NCBI GenBank assembly: GCA_030038885.1
Contig: JASHQY010000175.1
Coordinates: 1-34,862, forward strand
Direction of reading: 5' to 3'
Length of the DNA stretch: 34,862 nucleotides
From: Thermoplasmata archaeon
GTDB lineage: Archaea > Thermoplasmatota > Thermoplasmata > Lutacidiplasmatales > UBA184
Position 1 is the first letter of the stretch. Every line of letters begins with the position of its first letter. Below are positions 18,699-27,417 of this stretch, one piece after another. Under the pieces are notes generated by a model. That model did no database searches. It saw only the letters and a program-made list of their open reading frames with translations, and was not told where the DNA came from. Made by a program: the position numbers and the translations under genes.

Positions 18699-20396
18699 GT
18701 GGGCCGTCAGCGGGTGCTCGACGATTTCGGCACGGACGGGCCCGCGATCGAGCCCCCGACCCCGGTCGAGCGCGCGCGCCCCGAGGGGGTCCCGGGCGTC
18801 TGGCGCGTGCGCGACGGCTACGTCGAGCACCCGTTCGTCCGTCCCCGGGAGGTGCGGGCGCTGCCGTTCCAGATCGATCTCGCGCGGATCGGCCTCGAGG
18901 AGGATCTCCTCGTCGTCCTCCCGACCGGCCTCGGGAAGACCGTGATCGCGGCGCTCGAGGCCGCCGAGATCCTGCGGCGGGCGCCGGGGAAGGTGCTCGT
19001 GCTCGCGCCGACCCGTCCGCTCGTGCAGCAGCACGCCGAGGCGTTCCGCCGGTGGCTCGTGCCGATGCGCACGTCCCGGTTCACGGGGACCGTGCGTCGG
19101 CCCGTGCGCGAAGGCGGGTGGGAGACCGCCGACCTCGTGTTCGCGACCCCCCAGATCGTCGAGAACGACCTCGCGGCCGGTCGCTACCGCCTTACCGACG
19201 TCGGGCTCGTCGTCTTCGACGAGGCGCACCACGCGATCGGCAAGTACGCCTACGTCCCGATCGCGGAGCGGTACCGGACCGAACGGCCCCCGGGCGGGCG
19301 AGTGCTCGGCCTCACCGCCTCGCCCGGGGGGCGGGACGAGCGGATCGAGGAGGTCGTGCGGGTGCTGGGCGCCCAGCGGATCGAGGCCCGCAGCCGGGAG
19401 GACCCGGGCGTGGCGGAGTACGTGCAACCGACCGACGTCGACCTCGTGTGGGTCGACCTTCCACCCGAGACGATGCGGATCCGGGAGCTGCTCGCGACCG
19501 CGGCCCACACGACCGCCCACAAGCTCCAGAAGATGGGGTACCTCCGCACGAAGCCGATCCGCTCGCTCTCGGTGAAGGACCTCCTCGCGCTGCGCGCGGA
19601 GATCTTCGCGCGGCCGGGACCGATGGTCCGCCGGTTCGGCCCGCTCTACCACCAGCTCGTGCTCCTGCACCTCCACCACGCCCAGGAGCGCCTCGAGACG
19701 CAGGGGCTCGAACCGTTCCTGCAGTACCTCGACCGGGTCGCGGCGAAGCCGAAGCCGAGCCGGGGCGACCTCGGAGTGCTCAAACTCCCCGAGGTCGTCC
19801 AGGCGATCGCCGAGGCACGGGCCTACCTGCGATCGACGAAGGAGCCCTCGCACCCAAAGCTCGACGCGCTGGTCGAGCTCGTGCGCGGAACGCTCGAGCG
19901 CACGCAGGACCACCCGCCCCGCGTGCTCGTGTTCGCGCAGTACCGGGACACGATCCAGGGCATCCAGACGCTGCTCGAGCGCCAGGGGTGGACCACCGGA
20001 CGGTTCGTCGGCCAGGCGACCCGCGACGCCGAGGATCCCGGGATGAGCCAGAAGGATCAGGCCCGCGTGCTCGAGGGGTTCCGGCAGGGACGCTTCCCGG
20101 TGCTGGTCGCGAGCAGCGTCGCGGAGGAGGGGCTCGACGTGCCCGATGTCGACCTCGTCGTGTTCTTCGAGTCGGTCCCGAGCGAGATCCGCGCGATCCA
20201 GCGCCGGGGACGGACCGGCCGCTCGTCGCTCGGACGGGTCGCGGTCCTCCTGACCCGGGCGACCCGGGACGTCCAGTACCAGGCCGCCGAAGTGCGTCGG
20301 GAGCGGTCGATGCGGCGGATCGTCCGACGGCTTTCCTCGGCGGCGCGGCGGCGCCCGACGGCGGCCACGGAGCCCCCGGTCGGCGCCCCGGACTAG
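18699..20396 (+). CDS. hef: Hef/FANCM/Mph1-like SF2 helicase (helicase part only)
   Basis: LPTGLGKT, LAPTRPLVQQH, ATPQ, DEAHH, GLTASPG, HPKL, FAQYRDT, GMSQKDQ, EEGLD and QRRGRTGR. Ends without an ERCC4 domain. Confidence 0.92.
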   Translation: MGRQRVLDDFGTDGPAIEPPTPVERARPEGVPGVWRVRDGYVEHPFVRPREVRALPFQIDLARIGLEEDLLVVLPTGLGKTVIAALEAAEILRRAPGKVLVLAPTRPLVQQHAEAFRRWLVPMRTSRFTGTVRRPVREGGWETADLVFATPQIVENDLAAGRYRLTDVGLVVFDEAHHAIGKYAYVPIAERYRTERPPGGRVLGLTASPGGRDERIEEVVRVLGAQRIEARSREDPGVAEYVQPTDVDLVWVDLPPETMRIRELLATAAHTTAHKLQKMGYLRTKPIRSLSVKDLLALRAEIFARPGPMVRRFGPLYHQLVLLHLHHAQERLETQGLEPFLQYLDRVAAKPKPSRGDLGVLKLPEVVQAIAEARAYLRSTKEPSHPKLDALVELVRGTLERTQDHPPRVLVFAQYRDTIQGIQTLLERQGWTTGRFVGQATRDAEDPGMSQKDQARVLEGFRQGRFPVLVASSVAEEGLDVPDVDLVVFFESVPSEIRAIQRRGRTGRSSLGRVAVLLTRATRDVQYQAAEVRRERSMRRIVRRLSSAARRRPTAATEPPVGAPD

Positions 20397-20508
20397 GCGC
20401 GCGTCTCGGTCCGCCGGCCACCGTATAAGCGTTCTCGCCGGGCACGGGGGTACCGGTCCGTCGGCGAGTCTAAATAACCGCCTCCGGGTCCAACCGCGCA
20501 AGGTCGCG

Positions 20509-20622
20509 ATGGGCCTCGTTTCCTCGCTCGCCGACAACCTTGGACTCGTGACCCTGACCGTCCTCGCCGTCGGGCTCACGATCTACCTGCTCTACGCCAT
20601 GGTCCACCCCGAGCGCTTCTGA
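20509..20622 (+). CDS. kdpF: K+-transporting ATPase subunit F
   Basis: Not in the ORF track. MGLVSSLADNLGLVTLTVLAVGLTIYLLYAMVHPERF carries the YLxYAxxxPERF signature, ends 4 nt before kdpA and has a TAAATA box at 20471. Confidence 0.93.
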   Translation: MGLVSSLADNLGLVTLTVLAVGLTIYLLYAMVHPERF

Positions 20623-20626
20623 GGGG

Positions 20627-22345
20627 GTGGCGGCGCTGATCGACCTCCAGTCCCTCTGGGACGTGGTCCTGATCGTCGCGCTCGTGATTGCGATCGCCCC
20701 GTGGTTCGGGGCGTACCTGGGGCGCGTCTACCTCAATCGGCCCGTGTTCGGCGACGCGATCCTCGCCCCGCTCGAGCAGGCGGCCTACCGCCTGATCGGG
20801 ACGAGCCCGCGGCGCGCGATGCGGCCGCGCGAGTACATGTTCGCGCTGCTCCTCGTCAACGGCGGGGTCTTCCTCTTCCTCTACGTCTATTTCTTCTTCC
20901 AGGCGGCGCTCCCGCTCGACGCGACGCACGTCCCGGGGATGTCGTGGGACCTCGCGCTCCAGTCCGCCGCGAGCTTCACGACGAACACCGACTTCACGCA
21001 CTTCGTCAACGAGTCGCAGATCTCGATGGGCTCCGAGGTCCTCGCGTGGCAGCTCGCGATGTTCCTCTCGGCCGCGACCGGCCTCTCGGTCGCCGCGGCG
21101 ATGATCCGGGGCTTCGTGCGCAAGGACGGCACGGTCGGCAACTTCTACGTCGACATGGTCCGCAGCGTGACCCGGATCCTCCTGCCGCTCTCGATCGTCT
21201 TCGCGCTCGTCCTCGTCCTGATGGGGGTCCCCGAGACGTTCAAGAACTACGTGATCGCCTACCCGATCACCGGCGGCACCCAGACGATCTACCTGGGGCC
21301 GGTCGCGTCGTTCCAGTCGCTGTCGCTGCTCGGCACGAACGGCGGGGGTTGGTACAGCGCGAACGCCGCGTCCCCGCTCGCGAACCCGACCGCGATCTCG
21401 AACCTCTTCCTCGTCGGGGTCATGATGCTCATCCCGTTCTCGACGCCGTTCGCGTTCGCCCAGATCATCCGGCGCCGCGCCGAGGCCTGGCCGTTCGTCG
21501 GGACGATCGTGATCATCGTCGCGGTCGCGCTCGGCCTCTTCATCGCCTACCAGGCGATCGCGAACCCGGCGCTCGCGAGCGTCGCGGGCCTCGGCGGGTC
21601 GGCCAACGGCTACCCCGTCGGCCAGGAGACCCGGTTCAGCCTGCCCGAGGCGTCGCTCTTCCAGGTGATCAGCGTCTACTCGAACGTCGGCGCGAACAAC
21701 ATGGCGATCGGATCGATCTCGCCGATCGCCCAGATGGTCCTCCTGTTCGGGATGTTCACCCAGAGCACCCCCGGGGGTGCGGGGACCGGCTTCGCGACGC
21801 TGCTGCTCTTCGCGGTCCTCGCGATCTTCATCGCGGGGCTGATGGTCGGACGCACGCCCGAGTACCTCGGGAAGAAGATCGAGACGAGTCACGTCAAGTG
21901 GGCCGCGCTCGCCCTCCTCATCCATCCCGCGATCGTCCTCATCCCGTTCTCGGTCGGCGTGCTCTGGGGGGATCCGGGGATCGTCGGCGCGTCGTCGACG
22001 ACCGTCGGGGCGTCCGCGCACACGTTCACGGCGGTCCTCTACGAGCTCACGAGCGAGGCGTCGAACAACGGGAGCGCGCTGGTCGCCGGTTCGTTCAACG
22101 ACACGACGCCCTTCTGGAACGTGACCGGGGCGGTCGTGATGCTCGTCGGGCGGTTCGTTCCGATCTGGGCGATGCTCCAGGTCGGCGGCCTCTTCGCCGG
22201 CCAGTCGGAGAAGCCGCCGGGTCCCGGCACGCTGCGGACGGCGAGCACGACGTTCACGATCTACCTCACGATGATCCTCGTGATCATCTCCGCCCTCCTG
22301 TTCCTCCCCGTCCTCGCACTCGGGCCGCTCGCCCAGGTCCTCTAG
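20627..22345 (+). CDS. kdpA: K+-transporting ATPase subunit A
   Basis: SFTTNT, FLSAATG, GNFYVD, GPVAS, LGTNGGG, GLMVGRTPEYLGKKI, NNGSA and LGPL. Confidence 0.96.
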   Translation: MAALIDLQSLWDVVLIVALVIAIAPWFGAYLGRVYLNRPVFGDAILAPLEQAAYRLIGTSPRRAMRPREYMFALLLVNGGVFLFLYVYFFFQAALPLDATHVPGMSWDLALQSAASFTTNTDFTHFVNESQISMGSEVLAWQLAMFLSAATGLSVAAAMIRGFVRKDGTVGNFYVDMVRSVTRILLPLSIVFALVLVLMGVPETFKNYVIAYPITGGTQTIYLGPVASFQSLSLLGTNGGGWYSANAASPLANPTAISNLFLVGVMMLIPFSTPFAFAQIIRRRAEAWPFVGTIVIIVAVALGLFIAYQAIANPALASVAGLGGSANGYPVGQETRFSLPEASLFQVISVYSNVGANNMAIGSISPIAQMVLLFGMFTQSTPGGAGTGFATLLLFAVLAIFIAGLMVGRTPEYLGKKIETSHVKWAALALLIHPAIVLIPFSVGVLWGDPGIVGASSTTVGASAHTFTAVLYELTSEASNNGSALVAGSFNDTTPFWNVTGAVVMLVGRFVPIWAMLQVGGLFAGQSEKPPGPGTLRTASTTFTIYLTMILVIISALLFLPVLALGPLAQVL

Positions 22346-22357
22346 GAGGGAACGGCG

Positions 22358-24475
22358 GTGGCGACCGGAGCGCAGGTGTCGGTGCGGCGGGTCCCCCGCA
22401 CCTCCTGGCGGCGCGTCCTCGCGGACTCGTTCGCGATGTTCGACCCGCGTCGCGAGGTCCGCAACCCGATGATGTTCGTCGTCTGGGTGCTGTTCCTCTA
22501 CCTCGTGGTCCTCACGCTCTTCCCGCGCGCGTTCCCCGACCTCGCCCGGTTCTACAGCCCGAGCTACTACCTCGGGGTCACGGTCATCCTGTTCCTGACG
22601 CTCTGGTTCGCGCACATCTCGGAGGCGATCGCGGAGGCCCAGGGGCGCGCCCAGGCGGACACGCTCCGGGAGATCCGCAGCGGGATCCGCGCGCGCCAGC
22701 TGCTCCCCGACGGAACGACCCGGTGGGTGCCGGCGGACGTGCTGCGGATCGGCGACACGGTCGTGATCGAGGCCGGCGAACCGGTGCCGATCGACGGGGA
22801 CATCGTCCAGGGGGCGGCGCTGATCGACGAATCGATGATGACCGGCGAGTCCGCGGCGGTCATGCGCGAGAGCGGCGGGGACAAGACGAGCGTCCTGGGG
22901 GGCGCCCGGGTCGTCCAGGGGAGCATCCGCATGCGGGTCAGCGCGGTCCGCGGCGAGTCGTTCCTCGACCGGCTGATCCGCCTGGTCGAGGGCCAGGCCC
23001 GCGAGCCGACCCCGAACGAGCTCGCGCTCGGCGTCTTCCTCGCGGCGCTCACGATCGCGCTCTTCACGGTCGTCGTGACGTTCCTCTACCTCGCGAACTT
23101 CACCGACATCATCGCGGTCGACCTCGCGACGATCGTCGCGCTGTTCGTCTGCCTGATGCCGACGACGATCGGGGCCCTCCTGCCGGCGATCGGGATCTCG
23201 GGGATCAACCGCGTCGCGCGGTCGAACGTGATCGCGAAGTCGGGCAAGGCGGTCGAGGCGGCCGGGGACCTCGACACGCTGATCCTCGACAAGACCGGCA
23301 CGATCACGGTCGGCAACCGCCTCGCGGTGCAGTTCGTCGCGGCGCCGGACGTCGCGATGGACACGGTCGTCGAGGCGGCGATGCTCTCGTCGACCCTCGA
23401 CGACACGCCGGAAGGGAAGTCGATCGTACGCCTCGCGGCGCGGCGGGCGACCCCGATCCGCCGGCTCGAGCCGGGGTCGTTCAAGGTGCTCCCGTTCACG
23501 GCCGAGCGCCGCATGAGCGGGATCGCGCTCGGGGACGGGACCGAGTTCTACAAGGGGTCGATCCAGGCGATCGAGACCTACGGCGCGGCGGTTCCCGGAC
23601 CGCTCCGCGCCTCGGCGGCCGACGCCTCGCGCCAGGGCATGACGCCGCTCGCGCTCTCGGTGGGGAAGCGGGTCGTCGGGCTCGTCTTCCTGAAGGACGT
23701 CGTGAAGCCCGGCATCCGCGACCGGATCCGCGAGCTCCGGACGATGGGGATCCGCACGGTGATGTGCACCGGCGACAACCGATTGACCGCGGCGGCGATC
23801 GCGACGGAGAGCGGGGTCGACGACTTCATCGCCGAGGCGAAGCCCGAGACGAAGCTCGTCGTGATCGAGAAGGAGAAGGCCGAGGGGCGGCTCGTCGCGA
23901 TGACCGGCGACGGGACGAACGACGCCCCCGCGCTCGCGCGCGCCGACGTCGGCCTCGCGATGAACAACGGGACCAGCGCGGCGAAGGAGGCCGGGAACAT
24001 GGTCGACCTCGACAACGACCCGACGAAGCTGATCGAGGTCGTCTCGATCGGCAAGCAGCTCCTCATCACGCGCGGCGCGCTCACGACGTTCTCGATCACG
24101 AACGACGTCGCGAAGTACTTCGCGATCATCCCGGCGATCTTCGTCGCGGCCGGCGCGGTCGCGCTGCCCGGCGTCGCGGCGCTCAACGTCCTCGACCTCA
24201 CGAACCCCCAGCTCGCGGTGCTCTCGACGCTCCTGTTCAACGCGCTGATCATCCCGGTGCTGATCCCGCTCGCGCTCGCGGGCGTGCCCTTCCGGCCGCG
24301 CCCGGCGATCGACCTATTGCGCCGGAACCTCGTCTACTACGGTCTCGGGGGCCTCGTGAGCGCGTTCGTCGGGATCAAGCTCCTCTACCTGCTCCTCGCG
24401 TACCTGAGCGGCCTTTCGTGGGTCCAGGGCCTCGGGATCGCGGTCGCCCACTTCCTGCCGCTCGGAGGCCTGTGA
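22358..24475 (+). CDS. kdpB: K+-transporting P-type ATPase subunit B
   Basis: NPMMF, TGES, PNE, CLMPTTIG, DKTGT, TPEGKSI, TGDN, TGDGTND and NDVAKYF. Confidence 0.97.
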   Translation: MATGAQVSVRRVPRTSWRRVLADSFAMFDPRREVRNPMMFVVWVLFLYLVVLTLFPRAFPDLARFYSPSYYLGVTVILFLTLWFAHISEAIAEAQGRAQADTLREIRSGIRARQLLPDGTTRWVPADVLRIGDTVVIEAGEPVPIDGDIVQGAALIDESMMTGESAAVMRESGGDKTSVLGGARVVQGSIRMRVSAVRGESFLDRLIRLVEGQAREPTPNELALGVFLAALTIALFTVVVTFLYLANFTDIIAVDLATIVALFVCLMPTTIGALLPAIGISGINRVARSNVIAKSGKAVEAAGDLDTLILDKTGTITVGNRLAVQFVAAPDVAMDTVVEAAMLSSTLDDTPEGKSIVRLAARRATPIRRLEPGSFKVLPFTAERRMSGIALGDGTEFYKGSIQAIETYGAAVPGPLRASAADASRQGMTPLALSVGKRVVGLVFLKDVVKPGIRDRIRELRTMGIRTVMCTGDNRLTAAAIATESGVDDFIAEAKPETKLVVIEKEKAEGRLVAMTGDGTNDAPALARADVGLAMNNGTSAAKEAGNMVDLDNDPTKLIEVVSIGKQLLITRGALTTFSITNDVAKYFAIIPAIFVAAGAVALPGVAALNVLDLTNPQLAVLSTLLFNALIIPVLIPLALAGVPFRPRPAIDLLRRNLVYYGLGGLVSAFVGIKLLYLLLAYLSGLSWVQGLGIAVAHFLPLGGL

Positions 24476-25134
24476 GCGCGGTCCGTGCCCCGGCGACCGG
24501 CGCCCCGACGCCGGCGCCCGCGCCGGCGCGGGTCGAAACGCCTCCGCCCGCCCACTCGCCGCTGGCGCACGTGCGGGCGACGGTCGTGTTCCTCGTCCTC
24601 GCGCTCGTGATCTCGGGCTTCGCGTACCCGCTGGTCGTCACCGGGATCGCCCAGCTGATCGACCCGTCCGCCGCGAACGGATCGCTCCTCACGGAGAACG
24701 GCACGGTCGTCGGGTCGTCGCTGATCGCCCAGAACACCGACGCGCCGTACCTCTTCTGGGAGCGGCCGTCGCTCTCCGACTACAACACGACCGAGGGGAT
24801 GATCACGCCGGACGGGCCGAGCGACCCCGCGCTGGCCGCGTGGTTCAACGAAACCCTTGCGTACATGCGCGAGTATGGGAACTTCACTGTGAACGCGACC
24901 CTGCCGATCTGGCTCGTCTCGCCGTCGGGGTCGACGATCGATCCCGACCTCACTCCCGAGGCGGTCCTCGTCCAGGTCCCGCGGGTCGCGGCCGCGACGA
25001 ACCTCTCGTTCGACTTCCTGACGAACTTCGTCAACGCGCACCTCTCCTCGCCACCGATCCCCGGCGTCGGGGTCGCGTACGTCGACGTCCTCCAGCTCGA
25101 CCTCGATCTCCTGCCGATCGAGGGGAGGGGATGA
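24472..25134 (+). CDS. kdpC: K+-transporting ATPase subunit C
   Basis: Tail of the 1477-aa shadow ORF; GTGA overlap with the kdpB stop; YPLVVTGIAQ, ANGSL, GSSLIAQ, RPS, SGSTIDPD and QVPRVA. Confidence 0.93.
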   Translation: MSAVRAPATGAPTPAPAPARVETPPPAHSPLAHVRATVVFLVLALVISGFAYPLVVTGIAQLIDPSAANGSLLTENGTVVGSSLIAQNTDAPYLFWERPSLSDYNTTEGMITPDGPSDPALAAWFNETLAYMREYGNFTVNATLPIWLVSPSGSTIDPDLTPEAVLVQVPRVAAATNLSFDFLTNFVNAHLSSPPIPGVGVAYVDVLQLDLDLLPIEGRG

Positions 25135-25943
25135 TGTACCGCCAGATCCTGATCCCCGTCCGAGAGCCGTCCGAGGTCGAGCCGCTGATCCGCTTCGCGT
25201 CGATGGTCCTCGACCCGGACGGCGAGGTCCGCGTGCTCCACATCATCCCGACGACGACCCTCCCTCAGGTGACCCGCGAGTGGCGGGCGTCGGTCAACCT
25301 CGTCGTCCCGGCGCACGAGGCCGGAGCCGCGCTCGACGTGCGGGTCGACCCCGAGGTCCGGGCCTCGACCGACGTCCCCGGGGAGATCCTCGAGAGCGCG
25401 GAGTCCCACGGGGTCGACGCGATCCTCATGACGCTGGGGGGCGACAAGCGCAGCCGCAATCCGTTCGTGGGCCACACCGCGAGCGGGATCCTCCACCACG
25501 CCCACGCCGACGTGCTGATCGTCAACCGCCTCGCGCTCGGCGCGGGCCGGCTGCCGCGGATCCTCCTCCCGTCGTTCCGCGGGGCCCCGATGCCGCGGGC
25601 GATGCAGGTCGCCGAGGACATCGCGGTCCACAACGACGGCGCGTCGGTCACGACGATCGCGCTCGGACCGCGGGCGTCGGGCGAATCGGACGGCGCCGCG
25701 GACCGGGAGGAGCGCACGGCCCGCGGCGTCCCGGTGACCCACAAGCGCTTGCCGATTGCGGGGTCGTTCGTCCGACGGGGTCGGCTCCCGAACCTGATCC
25801 TCCAGGCGACCCAGCGCGAGCGGTTCGGCCTCCTCCTGGTCAGCGAGGAGGGAGACCTCGCCGGGGGGGCGCTCCTGACGCGGCCGTTCCTCGAGGACCT
25901 GTTCCGCGCGGCCCCGTGCCCGGTGCTCGCGCTGCGCTGCTGA
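25131..25943 (+). CDS. Tandem universal stress protein (KdpQ-like)
   Basis: ATGA overlap with kdpC. Usp domain 1: YRQILIPV..DAILM..GHTASGILHHAHADVLIV. Usp domain 2: RILLP..APCPVLAL. Confidence 0.88.
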   Translation: MMYRQILIPVREPSEVEPLIRFASMVLDPDGEVRVLHIIPTTTLPQVTREWRASVNLVVPAHEAGAALDVRVDPEVRASTDVPGEILESAESHGVDAILMTLGGDKRSRNPFVGHTASGILHHAHADVLIVNRLALGAGRLPRILLPSFRGAPMPRAMQVAEDIAVHNDGASVTTIALGPRASGESDGAADREERTARGVPVTHKRLPIAGSFVRRGRLPNLILQATQRERFGLLLVSEEGDLAGGALLTRPFLEDLFRAAPCPVLALRC

Positions 25944-25963
25944 CCGCCGGAGCGGGGAACGCC

Positions 25964-26743
25964 GTGGGCGAGCTCGCGTTCATCGGCCTCGGCCTGGGGG
26001 ACGAGCGCGGCCTCTCGGCGCGGGCGTGGGAGGCCCTGCGCGCGGCCGACGAAGTCTTCGCCGAGGAGTACACCGCGACCGCGCCCGCCGGGACCCTCGA
26101 TCGCCTCCGCGCCGAGCTCCGGCGGCCGGTCGAGGTCCTCGACCGGCCCCTGGTCGAGTCCGAGACGCCGCTGCTCGGCGCGCTCGCGCGATCGCCCCGC
26201 GTCGCGCTGATCGTGGTCGGCGACCCGTTCGCGGCGACGACCCACGTGGCCCTGCGGCTCGCCGCCGAGCGGGCCGGGCACTCGTGGACGTACCTCCCGA
26301 ACGCGAGCATCCTCACCGCGGCGGCCGGTTGGCTCGGGTTCATCCACTACCGCTTCGGCCGCACGGTCTCCCTGCCGTTCCCGTCGCCCGGTTTCGAGCC
26401 GCGCTCCCCGCTCGAGCAGATCGGCGCGAACCGGGAGCGCGATCTCCACACGCTCGTCCTGCTCGACCTGCGCCCCGACGAGGGACGCTACCTGACGGCG
26501 AGCGAGGCGCTGCGGATCCTCCGGGAGCGCGACCCCGACCGGCGCGTCCTTCCGCCGACCGCCGACGTGGCGGTCGCCGCCCGGGTCGGGCGGCCGGACG
26601 CCGCGGGCTGGTTCGGTTCCGTCGACGAGCTCGCGCGGCTCGAGTTCGGGCCGCCCCTGCACGCGCTCGTCGTGCCGGCGCGGGAGCTCCACTTCGAGGA
26701 GTCCGCGGCGCTCGAGCGGTACCGCTGGCCCCGGCGCGTCTAG
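25964..26743 (+). CDS. dph5: Diphthine synthase
   Basis: LAFIGLGL, EEYT, VVGDPFAATTH, NASILTA, YRFGRTVSLP, HTLVLLD and FGPPLHALVVP. Start at GTG 25964. Confidence 0.95.
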   Translation: MGELAFIGLGLGDERGLSARAWEALRAADEVFAEEYTATAPAGTLDRLRAELRRPVEVLDRPLVESETPLLGALARSPRVALIVVGDPFAATTHVALRLAAERAGHSWTYLPNASILTAAAGWLGFIHYRFGRTVSLPFPSPGFEPRSPLEQIGANRERDLHTLVLLDLRPDEGRYLTASEALRILRERDPDRRVLPPTADVAVAARVGRPDAAGWFGSVDELARLEFGPPLHALVVPARELHFEESAALERYRWPRRV

Positions 26744-27135
26744 GTCCGCGGCGTGCCCGAGGGGGGCGGGAGCAGCGCCTCCGCGAACTGGCGGATCCGG
26801 AACGGACGGAGCAGGACGACGTCCGGCCCCTGGTCTCCGGTCAGCGTCGGGGGACGTGACGCGGGCGCGACGAGGATCACCCGGAGCGCCGGCGCGACGC
26901 GGCGGGCCTCGCGGACCAGCGACCCCGAGCTGCCCTCGGCCAGGTTCACGTCCGCCACCAGGAGCGTGGGGGAGTGCTCCCGGATCAGTTCGAGGCACTG
27001 GGTCGCGCCCTCGGCCTCGCCGTCGACGCGGAAGTGGTGCAGGCGGAGCAGCCCCCGCAGGAGGACGCGGGTCTCCTCGTCACCGGCAGCAACGACAGCG
27101 GACGCCGTCGGGGCGCTCGAGTCGACCATTTCCAT
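26740..27135 (-). CDS. Stand-alone atypical response-regulator receiver domain
   Basis: CheY-like pattern VVAAGDEE..GEA..PTLLVADVNL..VILVA..LLRPF, with no output domain. Confidence 0.8.
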   Translation of the reverse strand: MEMVDSSAPTASAVVAAGDEETRVLLRGLLRLHHFRVDGEAEGATQCLELIREHSPTLLVADVNLAEGSSGSLVREARRVAPALRVILVAPASRPPTLTGDQGPDVVLLRPFRIRQFAEALLPPPSGTPRT

Positions 27136-27417
27136 TGACCGGCCGCATTTGGCCTCCCGAGGGCCCGCTTGCTGGTCAGTAGAGGTAGGTACACCGTCAA
27201 GTATTTTTGTTTACCCCGCGAAACGCGGCGCGCGCGGTGCCGCGCGGCGTCGCGAAATGCTCGCGACGGGCCCGCCCGCAAGGGCGCGCCGCTCCTGGGG
27301 GGCGGGCGTTCGCGACGGTCCCGAGCCGGCGGTTCCCCCTCTCGGGACCGAGGGAACGTGCACCCGAGGACCGATCCCGGAGCGCATCGGCCGAACTCTC
27401 GAGACGGAGCCGGCGGC

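Noticed and set aside
20397-20508. c-di-AMP (ydaO) riboswitch before kdp
   Set aside because: Conserved ydaO motifs are absent and the likely TATA box is only about 33 nt from the kdpF start, leaving no room.
20701-25134. 1477-aa ORF
   Set aside because: Arg/Pro/Gly-rich off-frame shadow of kdpA and kdpB caused by high GC; only 24472-25134 (kdpC) is real.
26740-27135. Receiver protein as KdpE
   Set aside because: No DNA-binding domain, opposite strand, separated from kdp by dph5, and no KdpD in the window.
27214-27415. SRP RNA or RNase P RNA
   Set aside because: It lacks the SRP helix 8 motif (CAGG..GGAA..AGCA) and the RNase P GAGGAAAGUCC signature.
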